DNA of 64,000 bases from a bacterium (GCA_963662285.2 CAXXMV010000006.1:608001-672000); one strand, 5' to 3'. Counted from the first letter of the stretch, positions 31,767 to 41,995 are shown. Numbers and translations: made by a program. The notes: generated by a model not told the origin, from the sequence alone.

Positions 31767-34700
31767 ATGAAAACAATCTTCCGGTTCGCTTGCATTTTTT
31801 CAATAATATTGGCGCTAGGTTCATATTCGGCGTCAGGTGAAAACTGGCCTTCCTATCTAAAAGATAACGCAAGGAGCGGCATCAGCGCAGATACATTCCA
31901 GACGCCCCTTAAATCAAATTGGATATTCCAGTCGCCCAACCAACCAAATCCTGCATGGCCTGCGCCAGCTCCACGGGATTTCTGGCATAAAATCAGGGAA
32001 ATCCGGCCATTGGTAACTTATGACCGCGCTTTTCAAACCGTTGCGGTTGATGGAACGGTTTATTTTGGTTCATCAGCGGATGATAAAGTATATGCTCTGA
32101 ATCAGGAAACCGGCAAAGTGCGATGGACGTTTTTCACTGGCGGCCCGGTTCGTCTGGCGCCGACCATATACAAAAATAAAGTTTATTTCGGCAGCGATGA
32201 TGGTTACGCCTATTGCCTTAATTGCAAGGATGGATCGCTGGTATGGAAGACGCGTCCCGTACCTATAGATCATCGTCAGCCAGGCAATGGTCGCATGATT
32301 TCACTGTGGCCTATCCGCACGGGAATCACTATCTATGATAATACGGCTTATTGTTTCGCTGGACTGTTTCCTGTGCAAGGCGTTTTTCTTTGCGCGCTGG
32401 ATGTTGAAGATGGCTCTATTTTAATGAAAAAGCAGGTAGAGGAAGAGGGCGTATCTCCCAGCGGATATTTGCTGGCTTCCCAAGACCGTATCATAACTCC
32501 AACCGGGCGTACCACTCCCGCTTTTTTTAATCGTAGAGACGGTAGTTTTATGGGGTATTTTGATGATCTAGGCGGCGCCTTTGCATTACTATCAGAAGAC
32601 GACAGCGTGTTTCATGAATCAGGTAGAAACACCAATCAAATCAGTTTGTCTGATTTGAAAACCAAAGAACGCATCGCTACGTTTGACGGATTGCGGATTA
32701 TCGTTGATGGTGATATGGCTTATTTGATGTCGAAAACGCAGATTTATTCTATCAACCGGACGCGGTATATCGATTTATCCAAGCAAAAAAATGCTCTTTC
32801 CAAACGCGCCAATGAAATTGGCGAACTTCTAAAAAAAGCCCGTCGTAGTCAAAGCAATATAAACGCTGAAGAACTCACTAGTGAATTACGTGCTGGGAAA
32901 GTTAAAATTGCAGAGATTGATAAAGATATGAAAGGTTGCGTCCGCTGGTCGCGCATCGGTTCTTTCCCTTACGTCATGATAAAATCCGCTAACCTGTTGT
33001 TTGCCGGCGGCGACGACATTGTCTCTGCATTTGATACGGAGACCGGCGAAGAGGTTTGGACCGATACTGTAATCGGTAGAGTTTATGGACTTACCGTTGC
33101 TAATGGCAATCTGATAGTAAGCACTGATAAAGGTTTTATTTACTCATACAGCAACCGAAGCCAGAGGCAGGGCGTTGTCGTATCCTATACCGATGATGAT
33201 CCCTATCCCCAGGATGAATATTCCGAAATCTATTCCACAGTTGCCCAACGCATCATTGAAGAAAGCGGCGTAGATAAAGGTTATTGCCTGATTCTGGGAT
33301 GCAAGACGGGGCGCCTGGCTTATGAAATCGCCAAACGAACCGAACTAAGAGTTATCGGACTAAGCGATAATGCTGACGATGTTGCTTTAGCGCGGGATAA
33401 ATTAGATAAAGCTGGTTGGTATGGCAACCGGATAGAAATTCATCATGGATCGCTTGAGAATCCTCCTTATGTACAATACTTCGCCAACCTCATTATTTCT
33501 GAATCCGCCATCTTTTCTGGAAAAATTACTACTCCAGTGGATCAAGTGTATCGTATGTTGCGTCCCTGTGGTGGATTCGCCTGTCTGGGGCAACTCGATG
33601 ATTCAGCTCAGCAGGATTTCGCTTATAATCCATCAGCCATTCGCAATTGGTTCTCATCGGCTGAGAATAGCGGCTGGAACACTATTGAAGATAATGGAAC
33701 CTGGGCTGCCTATAGGCGTGGAGTGGTTCCCGGAAGCGGTGAATGGACTCACCTGTATGCAGAACCGGGTAATAGCGTTTGCAGCCAAGACGCAGTTTAT
33801 GGCAAGATGGGTATACAATGGTATGGACAGCCCGGACCTCGATATATCATAGATCGCCATAATCGCCCTATGTCTCCCCTCTTCAAAAATGGCAGATTAT
33901 TCGTTAACGCCAGCGACCGTATTATCGCCGTCGATGCATATAATGGGGCTTATCTGTGGGAACTTGAAGTTCCTATGTCACGACGCATTGGGGCGCTCAA
34001 AGATTGCGGACAAACTACTGTGGCCGATGATTACGTCTATATTGCAGCCAAGAATGAATGTCATGCCATAGACGTCGAAAGCGGCAAAATTAAATTCAGC
34101 ATGAAAGTGCCTCCATCTGACAAAAACGAAACGCTGGACTGGGGATATAACGCTCTGGTCGGCGACCAGATTTTTGGCAGTGGAACCAAAGTCGGCGCCT
34201 CTTTCTACGAAATTAGTGAAAATTCATGCAATCTTTTAGAAGGCGACTTCCGTGAGATGATTCTCTGCGATATTCTCTTTTCTCTGGATCGGTATACCGG
34301 AGAAACTCTTTGGACTTATGAAGACGGCGTCATCTTCAATAACACCATAACTATCGGTGATGGTAAGTTTTTCTTTGTCGTCAGCCATAATGAAGAGACT
34401 GTTTCCGACCCCGATGGACGCATCTCGCCGCATAAGTTCTGCGCCAGCCAAACAACTTTAATCGCTTTGGATATGAAGACTGGCAAGGTTGTTTGGGAAA
34501 CGCCCTACGATTTTCCTTTCCAACAGATAATGTATTTATGTTTTTCTGATGGAAAAGTTATAGTATCCGGGAGTTATAACATAGATAAAAACGTCCATTA
34601 TGGACTGTATGCTTTCTCGTCCGCCGACGGAGATTTTCAATGGAATAACAGTTATAAAGGCGACTCCATCGGCGGTGAACATGGCGAACAGTGGCAGCAT

Positions 34701-35045
34701 CCCGTCATCATCGGCGACACAGTCTACAATCGGCCCTACGCCTTTGATCTGCACAGCGGCGAGAAGAAATTATATGAACTAGACCGTGGCGGCCATGGAT
34801 GTGGAGGTCTCTCGGCATCCGCCTCAAACATGTTCGGACGCGGACGCCATCCCCGCATGTATGAAATAGAGGGTGAAAAAGAGAGCGGAACTGCGCTTAC
34901 CCTGGTTAACCGTCCGGGATGCTGGATCAACATCATTCCCGTCGGTGGGCTAATCCTGCTGCCGGAATCAAGTTCAGGATGCACCTGCAACTTCCCCATG
35001 CAGATGTCGGTGGCCTTTTCACCTTTGGAAGTACAACTTAACTGA
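31767..35045 (+). CDS. Secreted PQQ-like (BamB-type) beta-propeller protein with central SAM-methyltransferase-like domain
   Basis: Signal peptide; WPSY..DNARSG; repeated VYFGS.DG/TG...W; GYCLILG...RMLRPCGG; WTH.Y; C-terminal RPGCW...SGCTC. Confidence 0.8.
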   Translation: MKTIFRFACIFSIILALGSYSASGENWPSYLKDNARSGISADTFQTPLKSNWIFQSPNQPNPAWPAPAPRDFWHKIREIRPLVTYDRAFQTVAVDGTVYFGSSADDKVYALNQETGKVRWTFFTGGPVRLAPTIYKNKVYFGSDDGYAYCLNCKDGSLVWKTRPVPIDHRQPGNGRMISLWPIRTGITIYDNTAYCFAGLFPVQGVFLCALDVEDGSILMKKQVEEEGVSPSGYLLASQDRIITPTGRTTPAFFNRRDGSFMGYFDDLGGAFALLSEDDSVFHESGRNTNQISLSDLKTKERIATFDGLRIIVDGDMAYLMSKTQIYSINRTRYIDLSKQKNALSKRANEIGELLKKARRSQSNINAEELTSELRAGKVKIAEIDKDMKGCVRWSRIGSFPYVMIKSANLLFAGGDDIVSAFDTETGEEVWTDTVIGRVYGLTVANGNLIVSTDKGFIYSYSNRSQRQGVVVSYTDDDPYPQDEYSEIYSTVAQRIIEESGVDKGYCLILGCKTGRLAYEIAKRTELRVIGLSDNADDVALARDKLDKAGWYGNRIEIHHGSLENPPYVQYFANLIISESAIFSGKITTPVDQVYRMLRPCGGFACLGQLDDSAQQDFAYNPSAIRNWFSSAENSGWNTIEDNGTWAAYRRGVVPGSGEWTHLYAEPGNSVCSQDAVYGKMGIQWYGQPGPRYIIDRHNRPMSPLFKNGRLFVNASDRIIAVDAYNGAYLWELEVPMSRRIGALKDCGQTTVADDYVYIAAKNECHAIDVESGKIKFSMKVPPSDKNETLDWGYNALVGDQIFGSGTKVGASFYEISENSCNLLEGDFREMILCDILFSLDRYTGETLWTYEDGVIFNNTITIGDGKFFFVVSHNEETVSDPDGRISPHKFCASQTTLIALDMKTGKVVWETPYDFPFQQIMYLCFSDGKVIVSGSYNIDKNVHYGLYAFSSADGDFQWNNSYKGDSIGGEHGEQWQHPVIIGDTVYNRPYAFDLHSGEKKLYELDRGGHGCGGLSASASNMFGRGRHPRMYEIEGEKESGTALTLVNRPGCWINIIPVGGLILLPESSSGCTCNFPMQMSVAFSPLEVQLN

Positions 35046-35074
35046 GGGCTATAATAACACTCGTATAATCAATC

Positions 35075-35110
35075 AAGCGGTTGCCGGAATGTTCTGGCAA
35101 CCGCTTTTTT
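35075..35110 (+). terminator. Intrinsic terminator
   Basis: AAGCGGTTGCCGGAA-TG-TTCTGGCAACCGC then T6. Confidence 0.8.
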
Positions 35111-35237
35111 CATGCAAAGAATTAATGTTTCCTGAAAAATAAATATGAGTAAACTCAACTTTTCTATTGACACTGTACAGGTTTTGAGATATAAAATGAG
35201 TGTACTCATAAATAAGAGACTATAGGAGGATGGGAGG

Positions 35238-35957
35238 ATGGTTAAGAAAAGCACGGTTAAAAAGAAAAGCGCAGCCAAAATCAAAAGTTCAGTTAAGAAA
35301 ACGCAGTCCAAAGATTCTCACAGCGATAATAAGAAAACCGGAAACCGGGAGAAGAAAAAGGAGCAGACTAAAGCACGCATCCTTCAATCAGCTTTGGAAT
35401 TATTCAGAAAGAAAGGTTTTTATAAGACCACTACCAAGGAAATATCCAAACGGTCAAATATCGCCGAAGGCACCTTGTTCAATTATTTTAAGACCAAGGA
35501 GGATTTAGCGCTCTATTTCTTCGAGATGGAAATTCAAAACTGCATCGACTGGTTTCATCAGGATGATTATATCAAAAGCGCGCCGCTGCCGGAAAAATTA
35601 TTCGCAGTAACCATGCATAGCCTTGACCGCTTTGAACCATACCAGGAATTTATCGGCGCTGTCTATCTACGCGCCTTTGAACCGTCATCCAAACTAAGTC
35701 CGCTCAGTCTGGATATCCAGGAACTGCGACTGAAAAACTTAAAGTTTATCCGAGGTATCCTCAATGAAGCGGAAGAGAAAGAAGAGATTCCTCCCTTGGG
35801 CGATTTCGGCGCCTATGCCTTGGGCCTCGGCTATCTGGGGATATTGACCTATTGGTTGAACGATAAATCTGAAGGCAAAGAAAACACTATAGCGCTCTTG
35901 GATCGTTCACTCAAAGTGGCGCACCATTTCTTGAATAAAGGGGGGTGGGACTGGTGA
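35238..35957 (+). CDS. TetR/AcrR-family regulator with COQ9-like C-terminal region
   Basis: [16 protein letters not shown].....[19 protein letters not shown]; [19 protein letters not shown]. Confidence 0.88.
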   Translation: MVKKSTVKKKSAAKIKSSVKKTQSKDSHSDNKKTGNREKKKEQTKARILQSALELFRKKGFYKTTTKEISKRSNIAEGTLFNYFKTKEDLALYFFEMEIQNCIDWFHQDDYIKSAPLPEKLFAVTMHSLDRFEPYQEFIGAVYLRAFEPSSKLSPLSLDIQELRLKNLKFIRGILNEAEEKEEIPPLGDFGAYALGLGYLGILTYWLNDKSEGKENTIALLDRSLKVAHHFLNKGGWDW

Positions 35958-37261
35958 AACATGATCAACCAACTACAACATTAAACCGCGCCTTAAAAAT
36001 GGGAAATCTAGGCTTTCGTATTGCCGGAAGTTATTTAAGTTATCAAACCCAGAATGCATTTCTGGATTCTGAGGGGCGCAAGGCCAACCGTAAATCGTTT
36101 GAGCAGAAGAGCGCCAAAAAAATTCGGGAAGAATTTCAGTCGTTGCGCGGCCCCATCATGAAATTGGGGCAGACCCTCAGTATGCAATCATATCTGCTTT
36201 CGGAGGATTTTGTGCAGGAACTGACCGAACTGCAAATGCACGCTCCACCCATGCACCCGACCTTGATGCGCACCCAATTCAAAAAATCGCTGGGGAAATA
36301 TCCGGAAGAAATATTCGCCAAATTTGATATGGATCCATTCGCCGCCGCTTCGCTGGGGCAGGTGCATTATGCTGTGACCCATGAAGGCGATGAGGTCGCG
36401 GTGAAGATTCAATATCCCGCTATCCGTCAGGCGATTAAGAACGATTTTCTTCTTCTGCGCTCAGTTACATATCCCATAAGAATTACAAAACTGGTTAACA
36501 AAGCGATGCTGCAAGAGATAGAGGATGGAATCCTCAAAGAGACTGATTATTATAATGAGGCCAGGAATATTGAAAATTTCCAAGAGGGATTAAAGGAACT
36601 TGATTTTGTAAGCGTTCCACGGGTGTTTTCTGACTATTCATCAGATAAAGTACTCACCATGTCTCTGGTCAGAGGCGATTTTCTGGAAGAATGGCTGCAA
36701 AAGAATCCAAGTCAGGAAAAGCGCAACCATCTCGGAAACCGCTTGTTTGAATTATTCTTCTATCAATTTATATATAAGAATATTGTCCATGCCGATCCCC
36801 ATCCGGGCAACTATTTTTATGACGATGAGGGCAATATAACCTTGATCGATTTCGGCTGCGTGAAATATATGTCTGACCGGATCGTTAATTTCGTGAAATT
36901 GATGATTAAGCGATCCTGGCTCCATGACGAAGAAGAATTTATCAATCTCATACAAACCATTTTCGGAAAAAAAACTGATCCCGATAATCCCAAAGACCGG
37001 GAACTTATGAACTCGTTTATCGAGTACAACCAAATAATTCTACCAATGGAAGGTCAAGAACAGGAAGTCGATTTTAGTACGCCAAAATTGTTTGATAAGA
37101 TTGGTGGGATATGGAATGATTCCCTGAGACGCAAGTTGCCCGATCCAGAATTCTTCTTTCTATGCCGCGCAGAATTAGGACTCTTCAATGTCCTTTATAA
37201 ACTGGGCGCCAAACTAAAGACCACCGAAATCTGGGATAGAATCAAAAATCAGTATGATTAG
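35954..37261 (+). CDS. ABC1/UbiB (COQ8/ADCK-like) atypical kinase
   Basis: KLGQ (KxGQ), [30 protein letters not shown]; GTG start overlaps the TetR TGA (GTGA). Confidence 0.92.
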   Translation: MKHDQPTTTLNRALKMGNLGFRIAGSYLSYQTQNAFLDSEGRKANRKSFEQKSAKKIREEFQSLRGPIMKLGQTLSMQSYLLSEDFVQELTELQMHAPPMHPTLMRTQFKKSLGKYPEEIFAKFDMDPFAAASLGQVHYAVTHEGDEVAVKIQYPAIRQAIKNDFLLLRSVTYPIRITKLVNKAMLQEIEDGILKETDYYNEARNIENFQEGLKELDFVSVPRVFSDYSSDKVLTMSLVRGDFLEEWLQKNPSQEKRNHLGNRLFELFFYQFIYKNIVHADPHPGNYFYDDEGNITLIDFGCVKYMSDRIVNFVKLMIKRSWLHDEEEFINLIQTIFGKKTDPDNPKDRELMNSFIEYNQIILPMEGQEQEVDFSTPKLFDKIGGIWNDSLRRKLPDPEFFFLCRAELGLFNVLYKLGAKLKTTEIWDRIKNQYD

Positions 37262-37289
37262 AGCACCTCAGAGGGTTCTGAACAATGTT

Positions 37290-37550
37290 CTAATAAACTT
37301 TGTTATGAGTTCCGACCAAGATGAATTCGACGAGTTCGTAATTGCTATCCTCTTTAAATATTAAGCGCAAGTTTCCGCCAGCGGAAATGGCGTGATATCC
37401 CTGTAATTCGCCTTTAAGCGCGTGGTTTCGGAGTTGCTGGTTGTGAGGATTTTCTCGAAAAATATTGATTGCTTCATTAATTCTGACTTGTTGCTTTTGA
37501 GTGAGTTTTGCAAAAGCCTTGTCAAAATTTTTGTTATAAAGAATCTCCAT
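37290..37550 (-). CDS. Type II toxin, RelE/YafQ-family mRNA interferase
   Basis: 86 aa; LRNHALKG, LRLIF, VGTHNKVY. Confidence 0.85.
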   Translation of the reverse strand: MEILYNKNFDKAFAKLTQKQQVRINEAINIFRENPHNQQLRNHALKGELQGYHAISAGGNLRLIFKEDSNYELVEFILVGTHNKVY

Positions 37551-37814
37551 TTAGGATTTTCTCATCAGTCTTTGTAGATGTTCGTTTGCTTCTTTGCCAA
37601 CAAAGGGCCCACTCATATTGATTCCCTGTTTGGCTTCTTCACCAGCTTTAAGAATTTTGGCGATGTCTTCTGGAGAATAGTTCTCCTCTTCAATATATTC
37701 TTCTTCCTCTTCAGTGGACGCCACAAATTCAATGACGATCTGTTTCTGATCGGGGGCGAGTTTTTTGAATCCTTCAATATATTCAGCAGCGGTTTCCATA
37801 TTTATTGTCTCCAT
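37551..37814 (-). CDS. Putative antitoxin (acidic)
   Basis: Very acidic 87-aa ORF abutting the toxin start (TAA-ATG). Confidence 0.7.
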   Translation of the reverse strand: METINMETAAEYIEGFKKLAPDQKQIVIEFVASTEEEEEYIEEENYSPEDIAKILKAGEEAKQGINMSGPFVGKEANEHLQRLMRKS

Positions 37815-37876
37815 CTTAGTGGTTATTATCTCATATTAACTCGAATTTGTCAATAAAATACGACCGTCAGAGCGAT

Positions 37877-37970
37877 GGGTGCCAAGGGTAAGGACGCATT
37901 GCGTCCAGCCCTTGATCAAACCACCTATTATAAGGTTAGGGTGATTATAAAATAAATTGGATGACCTTTT
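37877..37970 (+). repeat. REP family A long variant with conserved flank
   Basis: GGGTGCCAAGGGTAAGGACGCATTGCGTCCAGCCCTTGATCAAACCACCTATTATAA; a near copy lies on the minus strand at ~55175-55248. Confidence 0.75.
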
Positions 37971-38056
37971 CTTATTATTCCCCTATAACTACTGTACAAG
38001 TTTGTTGTATATTTGTTCAATTATCTTGATGAATAAATATTAAGGGGATACCGAAA

Positions 38057-38797
38057 ATGGTTACTAAAAAGAAACTACAAACTATCGTTGGAGAAATCAG
38101 GACGTTCTGCGCAGAAAATGGTGATGAGCGCGTCATCAAAAAATACAGCCGCTATTTCACCGAAGGTTATGATGCTTATGGCCTGACGCGCGAAATCTAT
38201 GAAGCGCAGCGCGATAAGTTTGTTGAAGCATACAAAGATTCTCTTGGTTTAGATGGTTTTCTAAAATTAGGAGATATTCTGATCCAGAGTGGTAAATATG
38301 AAGAAGCCTCGTTTGCTATATCGTTCATTACTCCATATAAATCTGAATTCACTGCTGAAACTTTTCAATATCTTGGGACATGGCTGGAAAATGGGATTTG
38401 CAACTGGGGGCATACCGACGTCCTTTGCGGCCTTCTTCTCTCACATTTCCTGGAAAACAATATTGTAAAACTGGATGACTTATCATCATGGCGGGAATCT
38501 TCCTCAAAATGGAAAAGAAGAGCCGTTCCGGTTGCGATGATCGCCTTGATAAACAAATCACGTAGTTTTAAGAAATTAATTGACTTTATTGATCCCATGA
38601 TGATGGATGACCAACGTTTCGTCCAGCAAGGTTTGGGTTGGTTTCTACGTGAAATGTGGAAAAAACAACCTGAACCTGTTGAGTCTTTTCTGTTGAAATG
38701 GAAAAACTCGGCGCCCCGCAAAATCTTCCAATATGCAACAGAGAAAATGTCCCCGGAAGAGAAGGAGCGATTCAGGAAGGATAAAAAAGCTAAGTAG
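38057..38797 (+). CDS. DNA alkylation repair protein (AlkD-like HEAT-repeat glycosylase)
   Basis: NWGHTD, W.RR, D.RFVQQGLGWFLRE, YATEK. Confidence 0.82.
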   Translation: MVTKKKLQTIVGEIRTFCAENGDERVIKKYSRYFTEGYDAYGLTREIYEAQRDKFVEAYKDSLGLDGFLKLGDILIQSGKYEEASFAISFITPYKSEFTAETFQYLGTWLENGICNWGHTDVLCGLLLSHFLENNIVKLDDLSSWRESSSKWKRRAVPVAMIALINKSRSFKKLIDFIDPMMMDDQRFVQQGLGWFLREMWKKQPEPVESFLLKWKNSAPRKIFQYATEKMSPEEKERFRKDKKAK

Positions 38798-38851
38798 AAC
38801 GATAGTCAAAAATTTGTTTGTTATTATTAATTTCTATGAAAATATCAATAC

Positions 38852-38884
38852 GGGTGCCAAGGGCAGCGTCCTTTCTGCCCTTGA
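38852..38884 (+). repeat. REP family A (left arm of a REPIN interrupted by IS5)
   Basis: GGGTGCCAAGGGCAGCGTCCTTTCTGCCCTTGA; matches 43760-43790 from GTGCC onward. Confidence 0.85.
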
Positions 38885-38990
38885 CGGCAAATAGAGAGGA
38901 ACTGAATAATTTCTATGATTATTTATCTTTTTTTATAGAATTTTTGAAATATGAAATATGGCTCCAACTGCTAAAGCTTTAAAGTATTTA

Positions 38991-40750
38991 GGGCTTGCTG
39001 AAAAACGTTTTCAACTACCGAAGATTATAATCTTCGGTAGTGACTCAGGGCGATGTACGAACGGGATCACTGCCGAATGAACTTTGATTGCTGAAAAAAT
39101 TGATCCAGCGTCTCCATTTTGATTTGATAAGCGTTTGAAGCGCCTCTTGTATTACCTCAATCCACAAATCGATAAACAAAAAGAACCGATTTAAATTACC
39201 CAGTCGTGAAATCTTATGCAGATTCATTACGAACAGGTTCAATCCGATAACCGTCAGTGAGGTTTCTGCCAGTTTAGCCATGATTCTCGCCAAGCCGAAG
39301 CGACGTTTTCCCTCTCCAAATTTTCCTTCAATGGCAACACGATCTATTTCATCTTGCCGGGCGAGTTGCTTTTGTTCCCGGCGAATGATTTTATCTTTGA
39401 CGGGACGTCCCATCGCTGGGCCGGATATTCTAATACCATATTTTTTGCAATAATCCCTATTACTTTTGTTCCGGTAAATTTGATCTACATGAACCGATTC
39501 AGGAAAGAAACCAAAATGGTGGCGAAAGTTTTTTATCGTTTGAATCAAATCTGTTGACTCGTTGAAATTGTTCCAATCAATTCTTTCCATAAACGCGAAT
39601 CCATTGACCAGACTGAGATTTAGTTTTGCGCCAAACTCCGTCTCGGCATTGGCTTTGCCGCGTTTAATGGGACGCACATACGGAAACCAAATACTGACAA
39701 TCCTGTCAGCAATACGCTTTTGTTTCGAGTCATACATGATTTTTTGTTGTCGATATAATTCGCTGATCACCAACAGCGCCCGATAGAGGTTCCGTTTCAA
39801 AACACCTAGGGAAACAGTCTGCGAGAGAGTTTTTATATGCGCCAGATTTCTATTCACATAACCCAATTGTTTACGAATGGCTCGACGAATTACTTTGTAT
39901 GGATTTCTTTTTTTCTTGGAGATAGCAAGATATTCTTTACGTGCATTTTCACGATAGGTACGTGGTTTCTTGCTGCCGTCCGGGCGTTCCTGATGGAGCC
40001 GATCAATTATCGCTTCCGTTTTTTCACGCGCTTCGTTGAGTAAATTCAAATCGGTGGGGTAACGAATATCGGCTGGAGTGCAAGTCGCATCGATCAATAA
40101 CTTGCCCCGGTTCTCAACCTCGAAAGTTTCATTGCCATCCTTATTGGACGTCGATTCATCTGATAACTTCATGGAATCTTTTGGAACGTCATCATCTTCA
40201 TCTGATGATTTATCATCTTTGGGTTTCGCCGCCGCCAAGGTCATCGCTTCGTTAATTTTATTCATCGATTCGACGGGAAAACGTTTGCGGAAATGAACCA
40301 TCATGGAAGCATCAAAAGGTTCTCCGGTTTGAAAACCGTCCAATCCGATAAAAAACTGGAGATAAGGATTTTCACGGATCTGTTCGACAGTTTCACGATC
40401 TGATGCTTTGAGTTCTTCTTTGATAACCAAAGAGCCAAATGCCATTCGGGCGGTCAGAGCCGGACAACCAGTCGTCGAGCCGCTTAACTTATTTTTGTAT
40501 TCACGCTCAACCACCTCCCAGGGAATCATGGCCGCTTTTTTCACCCAGCGATTATCGGGATCAAGATAACCGCCAAAGGGCAAACCAAATTCGGGAAACA
40601 TCGGAGTAAAAGAGTCGTTTTTATACATCTTTATCCACTCTCAAGTGCAAAGGTTTTAAGGGTTTTATGTAATTCCCCTTGCAGGATTCATAGAATGAGT
40701 GTAGCATAAACTATTCATTTGTCAAGACTTCCATCTAAAACAGCAAGCCC
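38991..40750 (-). mobile_element. IS5-family insertion sequence, 1760 bp
   Basis: Terminal IRs GGGCTTGCTG / CAGCAAGCCC, TA on both flanks, single transposase ORF. Confidence 0.88.
39045..40628 (-). CDS. IS5-family DDE transposase
   Basis: ENPYLQFFIG, FDASMMVHFRKR, LLIDAT, YPTD, EFGAK, D.IY, R.AIEGKFG.GKR. Confidence 0.93.
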   Translation of the reverse strand: MYKNDSFTPMFPEFGLPFGGYLDPDNRWVKKAAMIPWEVVEREYKNKLSGSTTGCPALTARMAFGSLVIKEELKASDRETVEQIRENPYLQFFIGLDGFQTGEPFDASMMVHFRKRFPVESMNKINEAMTLAAAKPKDDKSSDEDDDVPKDSMKLSDESTSNKDGNETFEVENRGKLLIDATCTPADIRYPTDLNLLNEAREKTEAIIDRLHQERPDGSKKPRTYRENARKEYLAISKKKRNPYKVIRRAIRKQLGYVNRNLAHIKTLSQTVSLGVLKRNLYRALLVISELYRQQKIMYDSKQKRIADRIVSIWFPYVRPIKRGKANAETEFGAKLNLSLVNGFAFMERIDWNNFNESTDLIQTIKNFRHHFGFFPESVHVDQIYRNKSNRDYCKKYGIRISGPAMGRPVKDKIIRREQKQLARQDEIDRVAIEGKFGEGKRRFGLARIMAKLAETSLTVIGLNLFVMNLHKISRLGNLNRFFLFIDLWIEVIQEALQTLIKSKWRRWINFFSNQSSFGSDPVRTSP

Positions 40751-40811
40751 TATTTATAAATTTGTTTATTGAGTGAATCGTTGATGACAATTATAAAAAA
40801 GGTGAACTCAT

Positions 40812-40844
40812 TCAAGGGCAGAAAATACACTGCCCTTGCCACCC
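40812..40844 (-). repeat. REP family A (right arm)
   Basis: TCAAGGGCAGAAAATACACTGCCCTTGCCACCC; identical to 43921-43953. Confidence 0.85.
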
Positions 40845-40873
40845 TTCATTGCTTAACGATTTTATTGAATCCG

Positions 40874-41995
40874 TTAAACTTCTGATGCTTCCCGCGCCAA
40901 TTCGTGACGAAGACGCAACTGCCCGCAGGCGGCGTCGATGTTCCGTCCCCGGCTATAGCGAACCGTTACATCGAATTTCCCATCCCGCAGGCAGTGCTTA
41001 AAATCTTGAATCTTCTTTGTAGATGATGGTTGGAACTCTGAGTCTAATACAGGATTGAATGGAATTAAGTTGACGTGACATTTGATGCCATCGCAGAATT
41101 TCTTGAGACGTTGGGCGTCTTTGTCTGAATCGTTAATCCCGTCAAGCATCATGTATTCAAATGATATTCTCCGGCCATTACTGCGTTGATATTCCTGAAC
41201 GGCATCGCGCAGTTGATCCAATTGATAAACCTTGGCAATCGGCATGAGTTTCGCCCGGATATTATTATCGGCGCTGTTCAAAGATACCGCCAATTTAACT
41301 TTCCATCTTTCGCGGGCCATGCGGTAAATCTCTGGAACAAGACCAACGGTGGAAATTGTTATGCGCCGGGGCGACATAGCCAAACCGGATTTGGATGTAA
41401 TGATTTCTATCGCCGTGCGTAATGAATCCAGGTTATGCAGTGGTTCTCCGGTTCCCATGAATACCACACGCGAGACGTCGCGCCCCATTCGTTTGAAAGC
41501 CAGAATTTGTGATATGATTTCTGATGGAGGCATATTGCGCTTGAAGCCGGCTTGTCCTGATGCGCAGAAACGGCAAGCGAACTGGCATCCAACCTGGGTA
41601 GTTAAGCAAACCGTGTAGCCTTCAATATCATTCAAATTGCAACTTTTGATTTTGCCGGTTTTGGGATTGGTCTTCACTTCCGATGAATATCGGGGCATCA
41701 ATACTGCTTCAACAAATTCATCATCGTTTAGTCGAAAAAGGAATTTTTCTGTATTATCACATGTATCTTTCTGTTTAGAATGAATCGGCAGTTCATTTAA
41801 GGAAAATGAAGCGCTTAATTCATCTCTAAGTTTGTTAGAGAGATCGGTCATATCAGAAATTGTCTTGACGCCGCGATGGAACAGCCACTGTGTTATCTGC
41901 TTGGAACGGTATGCCGGATGACCATGATCAATCAACCAGTTATTAATATTATCCGGTGTGCAATCGAGAATTGAGTTTTGGGGTTTGTTAGACAT
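40874..41995 (-). CDS. rlmN: 23S rRNA m2A2503/tRNA methyltransferase RlmN
   Basis: TQVGCQFACRFCASG radical-SAM motif, VFMG.GEP, ITIST.G, FEY, NLIPFN, IDAACGQL. Confidence 0.95.
   Translation of the reverse strand: MSNKPQNSILDCTPDNINNWLIDHGHPAYRSKQITQWLFHRGVKTISDMTDLSNKLRDELSASFSLNELPIHSKQKDTCDNTEKFLFRLNDDEFVEAVLMPRYSSEVKTNPKTGKIKSCNLNDIEGYTVCLTTQVGCQFACRFCASGQAGFKRNMPPSEIISQILAFKRMGRDVSRVVFMGTGEPLHNLDSLRTAIEIITSKSGLAMSPRRITISTVGLVPEIYRMARERWKVKLAVSLNSADNNIRAKLMPIAKVYQLDQLRDAVQEYQRSNGRRISFEYMMLDGINDSDKDAQRLKKFCDGIKCHVNLIPFNPVLDSEFQPSSTKKIQDFKHCLRDGKFDVTVRYSRGRNIDAACGQLRLRHELAREASEV

Noticed and set aside
35954-37261. Assigning the symbol ubiB
   Set aside because: Family membership is clear, but there is no ubiE/ubiJ context, so a role in ubiquinone synthesis is unsupported.
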